In this document: piece after piece, positions 1-62,445 of the stretch
How positions within the stretch are numbered: position 1 is the stretch's first letter
Layout of the letters: the number at the start of each line of letters is the position of its first letter
Origin: Tubiluchus corallicola
Taxonomy: Eukaryota; Animalia; Priapulida
Length of the DNA: 64,000 nt
Direction: 5' to 3'
NCBI GenBank assembly: GCA_030141605.1
Contig: JAQGDQ010000683.1
Coordinates: 1-64,000, forward strand
The notes under the pieces: model-generated
What the model was told of the DNA's origin: nothing
Database searches by the model: none
The model's input: only the letters and a program-made list of their open reading frames with translations
Translations under genes and position numbers: made by a program

Positions 1-1906
1 ACGTATTTTGGTTAGTTTGTTTATTCTTTCTACAGCACATGTGAATATACATACACTGGTAGTGAATTATTAGTCCTGTACCAATAAAATTATAGTTATT
101 TTTCTGTTTTTGGGACGTATTTTGGTTAGTTTGTTTATTCTTTCTACAGCACGTGTGAATATGCACACACTAGTAGTGAATTATTAAGACTGTACCAATA
201 AAACCAATAGTCATTTTTCTATTTTTGGGACGTATTTTGGTTAGTTTGTTTATTCTTTCTACAGCGCATGTGAATATGCACACAATGGTAAGGAATTATT
301 AGGACTGTGCCAATAAAACCGTAAAATGGTTACTTTCATGGATTTCTTCGGTTTTGCAGAATAATTGTTCTTCTTCTTGTATCATGGATGTTTACAGTGA
401 TGTCAAATATAATAGAGAGATTTGACGCAACTGGTCATGCGAGTCCAGTGCTAAAGTATTAATTATTATCTTAGCTATTTACACTTGCCCTGAAGACCTT
501 TGCACATTTGTGCACATGTGCTTGCATACCTGACCCGTTATGCCTGTTTATACTGTTCATTTGGGCCATTAACATTCGCGTGTTCGACTGTGTGACTCTT
601 ATGGTTACATAATTCACTGTTATCACTGCTGCATGGAAGTTGCTTAGAACTTGTTTCTTCGTATTTCCTTATGAGTGAAGTATGTTGTCTTTTAAACAGG
701 TCAATTTATGCATCTTGACTTGTTAGTAAACAAGAAAGATAAACAACAAACAAGTTCCAAACTTCTTTTTTTAGATAAATTCATAACGGTCAAATAAACT
801 GGTAAAACATTAATCTTCACTGTGCATCAAAAGTTAAAATTGCATAAACTTCAAAACAGTCTGTTTTAAAATCATCACACTTGACTTGTTAGCAAACAAG
901 AAAGATAAACAACAAACAAGTTCCAAACTTCTTTTTTTGAGACAACTTCATAATCAGCAAGCAAAATATTACAATGTTAATCTTCACAACTTGTATAATG
1001 AAAAAGTCAAGATGCATAAATTGACCTGTTTAAAAGACAACATACTTCACTCATAAGGAAATCAAAAGAAACAATTTCTAAACAACTTCTAAGTAGCAGT
1101 GATAACACTGAATTATGTAACCACAAGAGTCAAACAGTTGAACTCATAAAGCAAAATATTAATCTTCACAGCTTGTTTAATGAAAAAGTCAAGATGCATA
1201 AATTGACCTGTTTAAAAGACAACATACTTCACTCATAAGGAAATACGAAGAAACAAGTTCTAAGCAACTTCCATGCAGCAGTGATAACAGTGAATTATGT
1301 AACCATAAGAGTCACACAGTCGAACACGCGAATGTTAATGGCCCAAATGAACAGTATAAACAGGCATAACGGGTCAGGTATGCAAGCACATGTGCACAAA
1401 TGTGCAAAGGTCTTCAGGGCAAGTGTAAATAGCTAAGATAATAATTAATACTTTAGCACTGGACTCGCATGACCAGTTGCGTCAAATCTCTCTATTATAT
1501 TTGACATCACTGTAAACATCCATGATACAAGAAGAAGAACAATTATTCTGCAAAACCGAAGAAATCCATGAAAGTAACCATTTTACGGTTTTATTGGCAC
1601 AGTCCTAATAATTCCTTACCATTGTGTGCATATTAACATGTGCTGTAGAAAGAATAAACAAACTAACCAAAATACGTCCCAAAAATAGAAAAATGACTAT
1701 TGGTTTTATTGGTACAGTCTTAATAATTCACTACTAGTGTGTGCATATTCACACGTGCTGTAGAAAGAATAAACAAACTAACCAAAATACGTCCCAAAAA
1801 CAGAAAAATAACTATAATTTTATTGGTACAGGACTAATAATTCACTACCAGTGTATGTATATTCACATGTGCTGTAGAAAGAATAAACAAACTAACCAAA
1901 ATATGT
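1..1906. mobile_element. large foldback (long inverted repeat) element, left end probably outside the window
   Basis: 1-~720 is the near-perfect reverse complement of ~1186-1906; the arms carry ~115-bp tandem subrepeats and the spacer contains direct duplications. Confidence 0.8.
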
Positions 1907-1987
1907 CCTAAAAAGAGATTATTTTAAATTGAATAATTGAATGACTATTCACTTAAAGAGAAGACACATTTTATGCATCTTAGTAAA

Positions 1988-2446
1988 CCCTTTCAGTCCC
2001 AAATTATTTTTTAATAAGAAAAAAAATTTTGGCTTGGTACTTTTGTTCAGTATGTCCATCTTGTTTACACATAATAATTATTTTTTTCTACCTGTGCCCG
2101 CGTGCTAAATATAGCCTGTATCCCAGGGGATACATTGGGATTCAACGGAAGCATAAAATGTGCTTCATTTTGCAACTGCTGATAATTTTTTAAAGTATTT
2201 AAGACATTTAGTATGCATGCTATGCTGATCTGTACAAAGTCGTCTCTATAGTACTGTACCTTGCGCAGTTTTTTATGTTACGTAGATTTTCTAGTTTGTC
2301 ATTTTATCACCATTTTTAGTCTATTGTTATTGGCGTAAATCAAAATAACTATTAACAGATCAAATAACTGTCAGTTTTAAAATTTTATTAATTTTAAAGG
2401 CGGAGAATATTCTCGTATCCCACGGGATACAACGGGTATGAAAGGG
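1988..2446. mobile_element. piggyBac-like MITE
   Basis: Termini CCCTTTCA...TGAAAGGG flanked by TAAA/TTAA; subterminal palindromes GTATCCC-N2-GGGATAC at both ends. Confidence 0.65.
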
Positions 2447-3219
2447 TTAATCATGCGTGGATTCAACTACCCATTTTCTCGGCAAGATTATTTTTCAGAA
2501 ACTAACGTTACTAATGCAGTCAGGCATTTCTGTTCTAGTTACACAGATTATGCTTTATAATAACAAATTCTAACCCCTGCGCACGGACAAGTCGTAAAAC
2601 ACAATTATTAAAGTTGAGACGTGTTTACACTCTTCTATAAATAAACAAGATTCATTTTATCATTTCTCATAGCGAATATAACTACATTTATTAGGCCATT
2701 AATATGTTATTACTTGTAGAAGAGTTTAGTGAAGTGCTATAACGGTTGTTGTGGGTTTAGTTAATAAATAAATATGAAATGAAATAAAAAAATCACTTTC
2801 CTCTAAATGCAATTACCGAATCAAAAATATAAATTGCAAAAACAAAAATTGTAAAATTTCTCTGTAGTTTTTGCATACTCTGTCTTACACATATGTGGCA
2901 ACCAATACATTTCCATTTGCTGTCATAGCTTGTTATAACATGCATTTCCGTGTACTTCTTAGCTAACATGTTGTTGAAGGTAAAGTAGACTTAACTACAA
3001 CAAAATACTTGCACTTTACAGAAAAGACCCACAATATTTGTACAGGTTTCTGTCTCATCGGAAGCAGGCGAGTAATTTAAATAATGTTTGGATTGGCATT
3101 GAATCACATAAACTAATTCCTCTATTAAACAATATGTAAGCGCTTTCTGAAGCGCTTTCTGCTAGCTACATCTCACGATTCAAAACCAATGAAAAATATC
3201 GTCACAGATGCCTATAATT

Positions 3220-3742
3220 CAGGGATGAGAATGACAAATTGCAAAAAACTCTGAAACAGGCCGGGATTTTTGGGGTCACCTATGTCCACCAATGGAGTTG
3301 AGGGGCAAAGCCCCCTGGGAGCCAGCAACAAATTGCAATTTTGTGACCATAGAGAGCCTCTAAGTGGACTTAAAATATCAATTACCTTATTTCATGCATA
3401 ATTTAAAATACCCAACTATCAAGGATACATGATACCTAATTGTCTCAAAAACACCTAAGTACTGGCCGCTCCTATGCAAAAGTATATAAAAACTGTCTGC
3501 AATTGACTCAAATAACTCCGCACAATTGATTCTATATTTTTATACATAGAGATATACACGTGGTTACACTGATGTACGTGATGTAAACAAAGTGACGGCC
3601 TGCCAACTAGCGGTCAGCTTGTGAAATAACGTACTGGGTCCGTAAAAGTTTTCTCAACGAATTTACGCGATTTACAAAAATGGCACTACTGGTCTTCCAA
3701 AAACTCGTAATTCCACGTATCCGCGGAAAATTCTCATCCCTG
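3220..3742. mobile_element. MITE with CAGGGATGAGAAT TIR, copy 1 (hAT-like)
   Basis: 13-bp TIR; flanks ATAATT/ACAATT; inverted homologue at 23963-24490. Confidence 0.85.
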
Positions 3743-4218
3743 ACAATTACGACAACTTGCTAAACGTTTTGATGAAAACACAGTTTTCCATACCTTATCA
3801 GAGTCTTCACTCAACAGTTGGCTTTCCACGGTGATTCCTATCTGATCGGGATCCATAATTCACTCGTGAATCTAAAAAAAACAACAACAGCAAAATGATC
3901 GGAAGTTAAACCAGTAACTATGCAGGAATGTAATAAATACAACACTAATCCCAGAATAGCAATTCAGAACTACTTGTTTATTTAGTAAAGCCACATGTCA
4001 ACAAGTTGTTTATTCTTTGCATATGAATATACACGTCATGCACCTGTTTGTTTATACATATACTAAGTTATCGTATATATAGTCCCAAGGTCCTCTGACT
4101 AGCTAACAAAACAATAATTTACCTACGTAATAATCAAATTCCATACTCAAGTCTTTTTTATGTTTGCACTGTGCCTCTTTAGCTAAACAACAAAGTAAAA
4201 GAAATCAAGGTACAAAAA

Positions 4219-5952
4219 CAGTGGCAGATCGTGTATAGGTACCGTGGAACTGCAACACCCTCAGTGGCAGATTGTGTATAGGTACCGTGGAACCGCAGCA
4301 TCCCCAGTGACAGATCGTGTATAGGTACCGTGGAACTGCAGCACCCCCAGTGGCAGATCGTGTATAGGTACCGTGGAACTGCAGCACCCCCAGTGGCAGA
4401 TCGTGTATAGGTACCGTGGGACTGCAACACCCTCAGTGGCAGATCGTGTACAGGTACCGTGGAACTGCAGCACCCCCAGTGGCAGATCGTGTATAGGTAC
4501 CGTGGAACTGCAGCACCCCCAGTGGCAGATCGTGTATAGGTATCGTGGAACTGCAGCACCCCCAGTGACAGATCGTGTATAGGTATCGTGGAACTGCAGC
4601 ACCCCCAGTGGCAGATCGTGTATAGGTACCGTGGAACTGCAGCACCCTCAGTGGCAGCTCGTGTATAGGTACTGTGGAACTGCAGCACCCCCAGTGGCAG
4701 ATCGTGTATAGGTACCGTGGAACTGCAGCACCCCCAGTGGCAGATCGTGTATAGGTACCGTGGAACTGCAGCACCCCCAGTGGCAGATCGTGTATAGGTA
4801 CCGTGGAACTGCAGCACCCCCAGTGGCAGATCGTGTATAGGTACCGTGGAACCGCAGCACCCCCAGTGGCAGATCGTGTATAGGTACCGCGGAACTGCAG
4901 CACCCCCAGTGGCAGATCGTGTATAGGTACCGTGGAACTGCAGCACCCCCAGTGGCAGATCGTGTATAGGTGGCGTGGAACTGCAGCACCCCCAGTGGCA
5001 GATCGTGTATAGGTGCCGTGGAACTGCAGCACCCCCAGTGGCAGATCGTGTATAGGTACCGTGGAACTGCAGCACCCCTAGTGGTAGATCGTGTATAGGT
5101 GCCGTGGAACTGCAGCACCCCCAGTGTCAGATCGTGTATAGGTACCGTGGAACTGCAGCACCCCCAGTGGCAGATCGTGTATAGATACCGTGGAACTGCA
5201 GCACCCCCAGTGGCAGCTCACATATAGGTACCGTGGAACTGCAGCACCCCCAGTGGTAGATCGTGTATAGGTACCGTGGAACTGCAGCACCCCCAGTGGC
5301 AGATCGTGTATAGGTACCGTGGAACTGCAGCACCCCCAGTGGCAGATCGTGTATAGGTACCGTGGGACTGCAACACCCTCAGTGGCAGATCGTGTACAGG
5401 TACCGTGGAACTGCAGCACCCCCAGTGGCAGATCGTGTATAGGTACCGTGGAACTGCAGCACCCCCAGTGGCAGATCGTGTATAGGTACCGTGGAACTGC
5501 AGCACCCCCAGTGGCAGATCATGTATAGGTACCGTGGAACTGCAGCACCCCCAGTGGCAGATCGTGTATAGGTACCGTGGAACTGCAGCACCCCCAGTGG
5601 CAGATCGTGTATAGGTACCGTGGAACTGCAGCACCCCAGTGGCAGATCGTGTATAGGTGCCGTGGAACTGCAGCACCCCCAGTGGCAGATCGTGTATAGG
5701 TACCGTGGAACTGCAGCACCCCCAGTGGCAGATCGTGTATAGGTACCGTGGAACTGCAGCACCCCCAGTGGCAGATCGTGTACAGGTACCGTGGAACTGC
5801 AGCACCCCCAGTGGCAGTTCGTGTATAGGTGCCGTGGAACTGCAGCACCCCCAGCGGCAGACCGTGTACAGGTACTGTGGAACTGCAGCACCCCCAGTGG
5901 CAGATCGTGTACAGGTACCGTGGAACTGCAGCACCCCCAGTGGCAGATCGTG
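4219..5952. repeat. 43-bp minisatellite, ~40 copies
   Basis: Unit CAGTGGCAGATCGTGTATAGGTACCGTGGAACTGCAGCACCCC. Confidence 0.97.
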
Positions 5953-6375
5953 CTTTACACAATGGCTAAAAATTTTGTATAGCAGCGCCCCACTAATTTT
6001 AACTACAGGCAATCCCTGTACAAAACATTAATTATAGCAACAATAATTATAAAACATTAATTATTATAATTTAGTTATTATATTAATATATATAGTGCCA
6101 CTAATATAATAATATAATTTTTTGATTACATGCTGTATATAAGAGAAAAAGAGAATTTTTTTTTTGGTAACAGTAGCTTATTTTTATTTTGTGACATTAT
6201 TTTCACTCTGTGTGCGCAACTGGCTAGGGCAATATGCACAATCTTTCAGCGAAACACTATAACTCAACAGCAGTTTGAGAGAAACAAGCAAGAAACACCC
6301 CCCCGAAGAAAACAGCTCTGCGTACATGACATAACGGGTGATAATATTAAAAAAGCAGTAAACCAGTGTTATCCG

Positions 6376-6728
6376 ATGAGATTGTAGTAATTAATGCTGC
6401 TAAATCGTTTGCATCCACTGCAGTATCAGTATTGTTCTACCTATGAGATTGTAGTAATTAATGCTGCTAAATCATTTGCATCCACTGCAGTATCAGTATT
6501 GTTCTACCTATGAGATTGTAGTAATTAATGCTGCTAAATCGTTTGCATCCACTGCAGTATCAGTATTGTTCTACCTATGAGATTGTAGTAATTAATGCTG
6601 CTAAATCGTTTGCATCCACTGCAGTATCAGTATTGTTCTACCTACGAGATTGTAGTAATTAATGCTGCTAAATCATTTGCATCCACTGCAGTATCAGTAT
6701 TGTTCTACCTATGAGATTGTAGTAATTA
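6376..6728. repeat. 67-bp tandem repeat, ~5 copies
   Basis: Unit ATGAGATTGTAGTAATTAATGCTGCTAAATCG...TTCTACCT. Confidence 0.95.
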
Positions 6729-7379
6729 AAGGAAAGAACAAGTCACTCATTATGTTGGGTTTATTTTATTATTATCGTTTACACTTAGAAAAATATAACA
6801 AAGAAATTTGTAAAGAATTGTCTATAAAGCATAAATTTAAAATATACGACCTCTGAATAGAAATTTTCAGATGCGGTGGTTGCTGCCATTCACTTAAAAA
6901 AGTCATGACGTAACTGGGAGACTTCATGACTTTTCATAAGCGAATCGTGACTTTCCGTTTCTTAAACTAATTCAAACTTCTGCAGCTTGCCTACTGTTCG
7001 TGCAAAAATATTACAAGATTAGTTATTTAATTTTTTTGTAAAAACTTATTACACTTTTGACGAAGATTGACAGTGGCGGTACTTTTCTTCAAGACGAATG
7101 ACGTCATTGGAAGAATGGTCATTGAAAATGGGAGCACCCAAGCAAGAAGTGATCGCGACTTTAAAGTGATTTTACTAATTACACGAGGCGCTTATTGCAG
7201 TTTTATTACTAAATCCTTCTAACATTTTTCGCGAACATTGAAATAGGCCTAACCTCCTAAAAGTGTTGACCTTTCCTTTAAGAAATCTTCTGTAAATTTA
7301 GCATGCATGAAAGTGGTAGGTTGAGTTGCAGGTAAAGAGGTACGCTCGTAATAATCTCCTTGTTTGCTTTCATTCACAG

Positions 7380-55577
<48,198 letters not shown>

Positions 55578-57597
55578 ATGATGATTTTATTTATTGGTGA
55601 TTAGACTGCAATGACTGTATAAAAGATTGATTGATTTAATGTTGCACCTTGTTGTCATAGTAACATGCTTTGTGTAACTTGAGCTTGTAGATGGTGCCTT
55701 GTACAGCTAAGCACCACGTTTCTTTCATTTTCATCAACTTTACAGATAAACAACTGATTTTTGTAAAAAAAAAAACATTGATAATTCAATCATAGTAAAC
55801 TTTGTAGGTTTGTATCACAATTTGCATGGCAGAGTTGATATGTATTGTTTTATTCATTGCCTCCGTGGTGCTTAAAGGATCGATTAATCACTTCACACAT
55901 CAAATTACCCGATAACATTTCTAATTTTACATTTGAATGAGTTCATTGTTCACTAAGTTTTTTCTCTATGTCGTCCGTATTTTGTAAATTAGATAGATTT
56001 TAGGGAAAGTTGACTATTTCGATTATTGTTTATTCTGTATTAATTAATGTGGCCATTTCAGTTGAAAAAAGCCGTTTCACAAATTGAGCAGCAATGAATA
56101 AACTGTTCAGTATAATAGCACAAAAGAGAAAAAGTATTTAAGTTCTGTAGAGCACAATCAAGTAATGTTAACCAGTTACTAATAATCATATTTAAAATTA
56201 TGAAATATTGTTTAACAAACTTTACAAAGTTGTGATTCAGTTTCACTGCTGACGCTGTTAGGCTTCTATACATATGGTATATTTTTATATATGTAATAAC
56301 ATTTTCCACTTCTGCTTTGTGAAGTGTTATAAGTAAAGTTGTTAGTTTGTTAAAACAGAAATTATTTTTTGCTATGTGAAGAGTAATAATCAATTTATGT
56401 AGGTTTTGTTATTGCTAGTGGGCTGGCAAACTTAGAATTTAGAAAAACTTGATATTTTTGGCAGAGGGGTACATTTACTTTATTTAAACGCTAGTTGAAG
56501 CAGATGAAATTTATCTGCACTTAGTTTGGCCAAGTCTTTCAAATCTCTCTGTTTTTTAGTGTTGGTTCACATGTCTTTATCGTTAGTTATTCAGGTAGTA
56601 CGAAGTTTTTCACACATTTAGTTGTTAAAAACATGGTGCAGAAAATTATTTTCATTCGGGAAAATGAGTGCCTGTTCAAGTAGCTTAGTCCTTGTTGTTG
56701 CAATTATTATGGCTCTATTTTTATACATGTGTTTGGAACTACTGAAAGTTAATCGAGTCTCATAAGTTTATTTAGGTTGCTACAATTTGTTGCTGTAAGA
56801 ACTGGTCAATGAACCAATTCCTTCCACATAAATCTGAAGAAAAATAAGCATGTAGGAGTCGTGAAATGACATTCTTGCTTGGCGTTTGTTTCCGCGTGTT
56901 TAACAAATATGGCATGTAAGCAAACCCACGGCAAACAGGAAAATATTGACTGCTAGACCTGATATAATGTATGATATATCTGCCTAGGTAGATATTTGTA
57001 CAGTCGATGTATTGCTCTGATTAAAATTATTTCCAATTATTTGTTTTTTACTGACTTAGAAAACTGATTGCGTCGTCTTATATTAGATACATAGTTTCTC
57101 ATTGACTGTTAGACATTTTGAAATCTGTTATAACATCAGATAATTATAATTTAGTCTCTGTAAGTATAGATTTCTTTTGTAATTAGATTTCTCGAGTTTT
57201 GTCAAGAGAAACTCTAATTAATTTAATTGTGAAATGAATTAACGAATGAATGCATACAAAAGTTTCCTGTTGTTTTGATACATTAATACGTGCAAAAATA
57301 ATGGCGAGGATGAATTTTCCAATCAGGTAGTGAAGTAATAAAATTTGATTCAAACGTAACACCTTGATGTATCACAATAGTTTAGTCTTAGGGTTAAAAT
57401 TACTACAGTATAATGCAATCTGTAAGCTGCTACAAGTCAGAAATGTACATATACCTAAATGCTACATTATAATAGCTGTTATTCAATAGTACTTAACTTG
57501 TTACAGCAATTTATACTGGTTTGTAATTAGGTGCGTACCTGTGCCAGGTGTCTAGTGTTGGAATATTTTTTTCAATTTCTAGTTTATCTTGGACATT

Positions 57598-57603
57598 AAT
57601 AAA
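57598..57603 (+). terminator. candidate polyadenylation signal of the SLC4 gene
   Basis: AATAAA followed by T-rich sequence ~2 kb after the stop; other AATAAA sites near 56097 and 57337 are alternatives. Confidence 0.35.
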
Positions 57604-59129
57604 ATTGATCTGTAAAGATATTTTTTCTATGGATTTTTATTAAACTATTACCGTACTTTAGATATGATAACTCGACCTTTATCAGCAGTTTACAACAGTC
57701 ATTTTATGGTTCATCACCCACCTGACCACCATGATGTAGACAAACAACCACCTATTAAATTATTTTCACAAAGCTAACTGCAGTAAAAGTTCTACCTAGG
57801 CTTAGCGTAATTTCTTGGATATAATTTTCTCTAAAAAAGTTAGTAAATAATAACTGATTGAGAGAGTCGACTTCCATAAGATGCTCAACGGTCACTGCTC
57901 TAGTGCTATGGGGATATATGTATATTTATTAGCTATATGTGGATTTGGAAAATGAGTTTCAACAACAGGGAATGAAGTAATTGATGTTTTGTTTACTGTA
58001 ACGTTATGCACATGAAGACATGAGAGGCAGTTAGTATTTTTTCATTAATTCCTGCGTTTATCAAATTGCCGAACAAAACTACTTCTATTTAAAGCGAAGA
58101 ATTTCTGGCACAAAGTTGGATGTCATTCGAGTAAATGTTTCGAAACTTGGCTGTTGCTGCATCAGTAGTTGTTGAAAATTTAACCAGGAAGCCAAATAAG
58201 GTATGAACATCTTTACATGTGCGGATGTTAAAAGCAGCTGAGCTTATCTTATCTATGATGGTTTCCACCTTCAACTTCTGTTTTCCTTGGAAAGCAACTA
58301 ATGCAAATTACATCATTTTACAGTCACACATTAAATAATGTTTCACATAGTCTTTGTAAGCTCTCCAGCTAGCGGTCTGAGAATCACCGAGATTGAGTAG
58401 TCTTATGGTCATAGCATTGGACTTGTAGCTCAAAAGTCCCTGGTTCTCATCCAAGCTCTTCCAAATTCCTTTCAGACAAGTTTTAAAAAAGTTGAACAAC
58501 TGTGAGCTCATTCGTTATTAAAAAAACGAAATAAATAATCTTGAAATTAACTATATATATATATATATAGTATATAGTGTATATAGTATATTGTTATAGT
58601 TGTTATATAAGTTGTTATATATACCTATTATGGTTCTAATTAATTTCTCAGGTAAAACGCACCTGTATTACATTGACGTATTAATTATCACAACACAACC
58701 AGATGTTTATGATCAGTAAAAAAAGCTATAAAAATAAAATATGTAAGAACCACATGATTTTTGGAATTGCACAATGCTTAACTACGATGTGTAAGCTAAA
58801 CATTTGTTTATGCCATTATCAAAAAAAGTACCCATTAACATAACCATTGTTATGAAATTCAAAAATTAATAGTGTACTGGTGGTGATTCTAGGTGAAGGG
58901 TAGTTATTTGCTAGCCAGGAAATGCACTTCTTGCTTTGATTGGTAAAACATGGCTGCATGAGCATTGTCCATAAAATGCGTTTATACTGAGACTTGACAA
59001 ATGTACACTAATCTTTGCTTTACAATCATCTTTACAATGACATCAGGACCCAGAGTTCAACTCGTGTACAGTCCCTTCTCATATTCATTTTAATTTCATT
59101 TACAGTATCAATCAGCTGAGAGTGAGTTT

Positions 59130-60050
59130 CATGGATGGGTCACAAAAAAGAAACAAAAAAATGAGAACGGAAGTTGGTTTGGCCATACTTGATGGAGAGT
59201 TTAGAATCATGGTCTCGTAGTTCTCTGTGTGGTTTTGAAAAGAAATCTTGTTCTTGAGAGACCTTTCATAATTTTATAACAATTGACAAGATTAGCAGTA
59301 CATCGGCGTCGTTCCAAAGTGGATATTTTACTAACCAGTTTTTCCTCAAACCATTTTCCGCCAGCAAGAATAGATTGTCTCAAATGTTGAGAAACTCGTG
59401 TATATTTGGCTTTCAAGCTATTTGAAGAAGTCACAAGCCACAAAGTCTAGAGGCAACTTTTATTGCTTTGGCTTTAACAACAACAAAATTCCCAAAGGGC
59501 ATAATCATATTTACGATCACTTGCAGAAGTTCCCCTTGGAGATACTAAAGTATTCACCACATTATTATATTTATCATAAAAGAAACTCCAACAACAATTT
59601 ACATGCTGATCAATTAACTCATTGTAGCAATCAGTACTAGCAAAATAATCCCTAATTTGTGGAAAAGAGGTTTTGTTATAATCTCTCCAAAGACCTGATA
59701 TTAATAGTTGTGTTTAACACAGAAAATACTAGTGCCTTGGTCGCTGGTAGAAGGACAACCAGACTTGGCAGACAATAAATTATGACGATCTGGATAGTAT
59801 GATAAATTACAATTACAGTGACAAAGTGATATTTTTATTCTTCATATTCATACTTTATTATTCATTTTACACATAAAGTTATCAACCTACACTAAGGATG
59901 GTAATTAAGCATGCCAAATAAATGTTTATCTTATGCTGCTGGTTAGAGTCATCTCTAACCGATAAATTCAAAACAACCCCACTGTATCCATATTCCATGT
60001 TAAGGCTAGAGGTATCACCTGTAATGCCTGTTATCTACTGGCATTAGTGT
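59130..60050 (-). mobile_element. degenerate, internally deleted CR1/L2-like LINE
   Basis: Minus-strand WRDYNKTSFPQIRDYF..VNCCWSFFY (endonuclease-RT linker-like) joined to LERRRCTANLVNCYKIMKGL..TRDHDSKL..FRSHFF (ORF2 C-terminus). Confidence 0.6.
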
Positions 60051-60059
60051 GTGTATGGT

Positions 60060-60240
60060 ACAAGAAATTTTTTTTTATTCCACTCATATTTTAAGATTCG
60101 TTTAAATTCATTTACTGATTTAGATGCTATAGTTTTGCTGCTTAGACCATTTACTACTCGGGTTGCTGAAGGCATACTTCCTTTCATCCAGTCTGGCTCT
60201 GGGCTTAGAGTTTATACGGATGTCCTCTTGTAAATGCTGA
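60060..60240 (-). mobile_element. 3' fragment of a CR1/L2-like LINE
   Basis: Minus-strand TRGHPYKL..ARLDERKYAFS..RVVN with frameshifts. Confidence 0.6.
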
Positions 60241-62445
60241 GTTTCTCAAAAAGTGGTTAATTATCAAAAAATGGCACTACCTGTTGAATTATCAATAAAG
60301 GGATGTACTTGCACAGAACACGAAATACGTTTATAAATTATGGTAATTTCATCGTGTCTTGTTGAACTGCGCACCAGTAAATAACACAAATTGACGTCGA
60401 ATCGTTTGCATGGGTTGTTTCTACATATAATAACTGATATTTGTTGTTTAAAATAATTATAATCTTAGACAGCTTTTGAATTACAGTGAAAGCATGGCCA
60501 CTAAAAATTAAACAAAAAACTCCATTGTTAAAACGGACAATTTTGAAAGCTAACCGAGTATAACATGGTAAATTTTGTTGCCATGGTTACTTGCGTATTA
60601 GAACGACGAGTTTTGCTCATTGTTTCAACTGCAGTTTATTTAACATTAACCCCAGTATTTAATATTATATACATAGTAGAGGCAAGAATTATGCTTTCAG
60701 AATCACAATAAACGATATGCCTAAATTAATATTTTAAGAACAATAATCAGGTATCAATGTTTGGGTGCACACTATCACCAGACAGTATGCTACGCTTGTC
60801 AATATTCGTATTGATTCATTTTACCAACGTTACATTTTCAGTTTTGATTCTCTTTTTGTCAAAGCCAGAAGGAGAACGTGCTTTATCTTTCTTAAACATA
60901 ACGTAGTAGCTTCATTTGCTGTAATGCCGTCGCACATTCATTGAAAATGGGATTCCGAAAGCAATTAGACCTGAAATGTTGAAAAAAGAAACAACACATT
61001 AATAATTAGGTTAATTTAATCTGCAGACAAAACGGCAGCTAACCTTAAACACAAAATTGTGTCCATCATCGCCTTTACCATCATTTTATCGTCATTAACA
61101 ATCATTTCTTTAAATTAATTTAATCTGTAAAAAATAACGAACATTCGTGAACGCAAAACGAGTTTTACTTTCGTTTCGTCTTCGTCCTTGTCATTTTCTT
61201 CATTGTTCAACACATTCATCGTTTTCATGGTCAGACATCAGTGATAATTATTCTTTTCATCAAGTAATCTGCTTTAAAAACCGTTTAAAACACAATTTGT
61301 GAAAAAATACATTATAAAAATACATCTTATGGGGAAGGACAATACTTTTGAGTGCAGTTATAATGGAAGTTTCTATTAGACAGTAACATGGATTGGATAT
61401 ATATGTAACTAAAGAAATAATTTGCATAACAATGTCCAGTAATGAGTCAGATAATAAGTTTCATACCATCTACCGAGGAAATTTTGAAGGTGAAAGAAAA
61501 GACGGCAAGCTGCACTTCACGATAGTTTAGAAAATGTTTGTGGTTCAATGACACAGAAATGTGTTATGATTATCTAGACTGAGTGAATAGTAACCGCGTA
61601 CGTTTTATGTGAACGGCGTTTGATAACCGTTACGAGAGGCGTAACAGTTTTAAAGTAATAAATATATGGCCGAGGTAAACGGAATCTTCTTAGAGGTAGT
61701 GTAAATTGTCTTCGTATTATTTTGTTGCCAGATGGCAGCACCGTGCAGCATCCAGCTTAAAGAGCTTAATACGCGCTTAACAGTCCGACGTATTTATAAC
61801 CTGTACTTCACAATAATTATAAAGTTCCCGCAAAAGCTTTTCCACGCGGTAAACAAGTTAGGTATTGCAAACGCTGCAAAACGCTTATCAAGGTAAAGTA
61901 AACTTGCAGCAGACTGTTGTTGTCCAAAAATCGGTGTCCTTTTGCAGCATTTACAGTGTTTTATACGCATTCACGAACAGTGTACACATATGTCACATTG
62001 ATTTTGTCACATTGTTATTTGACTTACTTCCAGTTATTCAATTACAAATTATTTTAACATTAGGTAAACCTAATAACTACCTATTGTTGTATGCAAAGTC
62101 CAGCCAAACTAATAATGGACTCATCAAAACTACTAGTTTCTTGCGTCTATAAACGAAGGGAAATAATGCTCTTTGGGCTTACAAACAACTTTTTACTGTT
62201 TTATTTACGTCAGATTGCTTTCAGCTGTAAGAGACGTCGATCATTTCTATATAGGTCCATGTTTTTGTAATTCTGAAATGCTATAAACGTGTAAACTTTT
62301 TGACAGCCACCTGGGCACGTGTAAGTCTATGTATACAATATTCATTTGACAGTCTTTGCCACATTGGAAAGATGCTCTTCTTTATCATGTAGCGACTAAG
62401 CCCAATATGTGTAAAGAAAACCACGTGTGATAACACTTACATTCT

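Noticed and set aside
4179-6031. Many overlapping ORFs of 60-298 aa
   Set aside because: They are translations of a 43-bp tandem repeat in all frames, with no gene structure.
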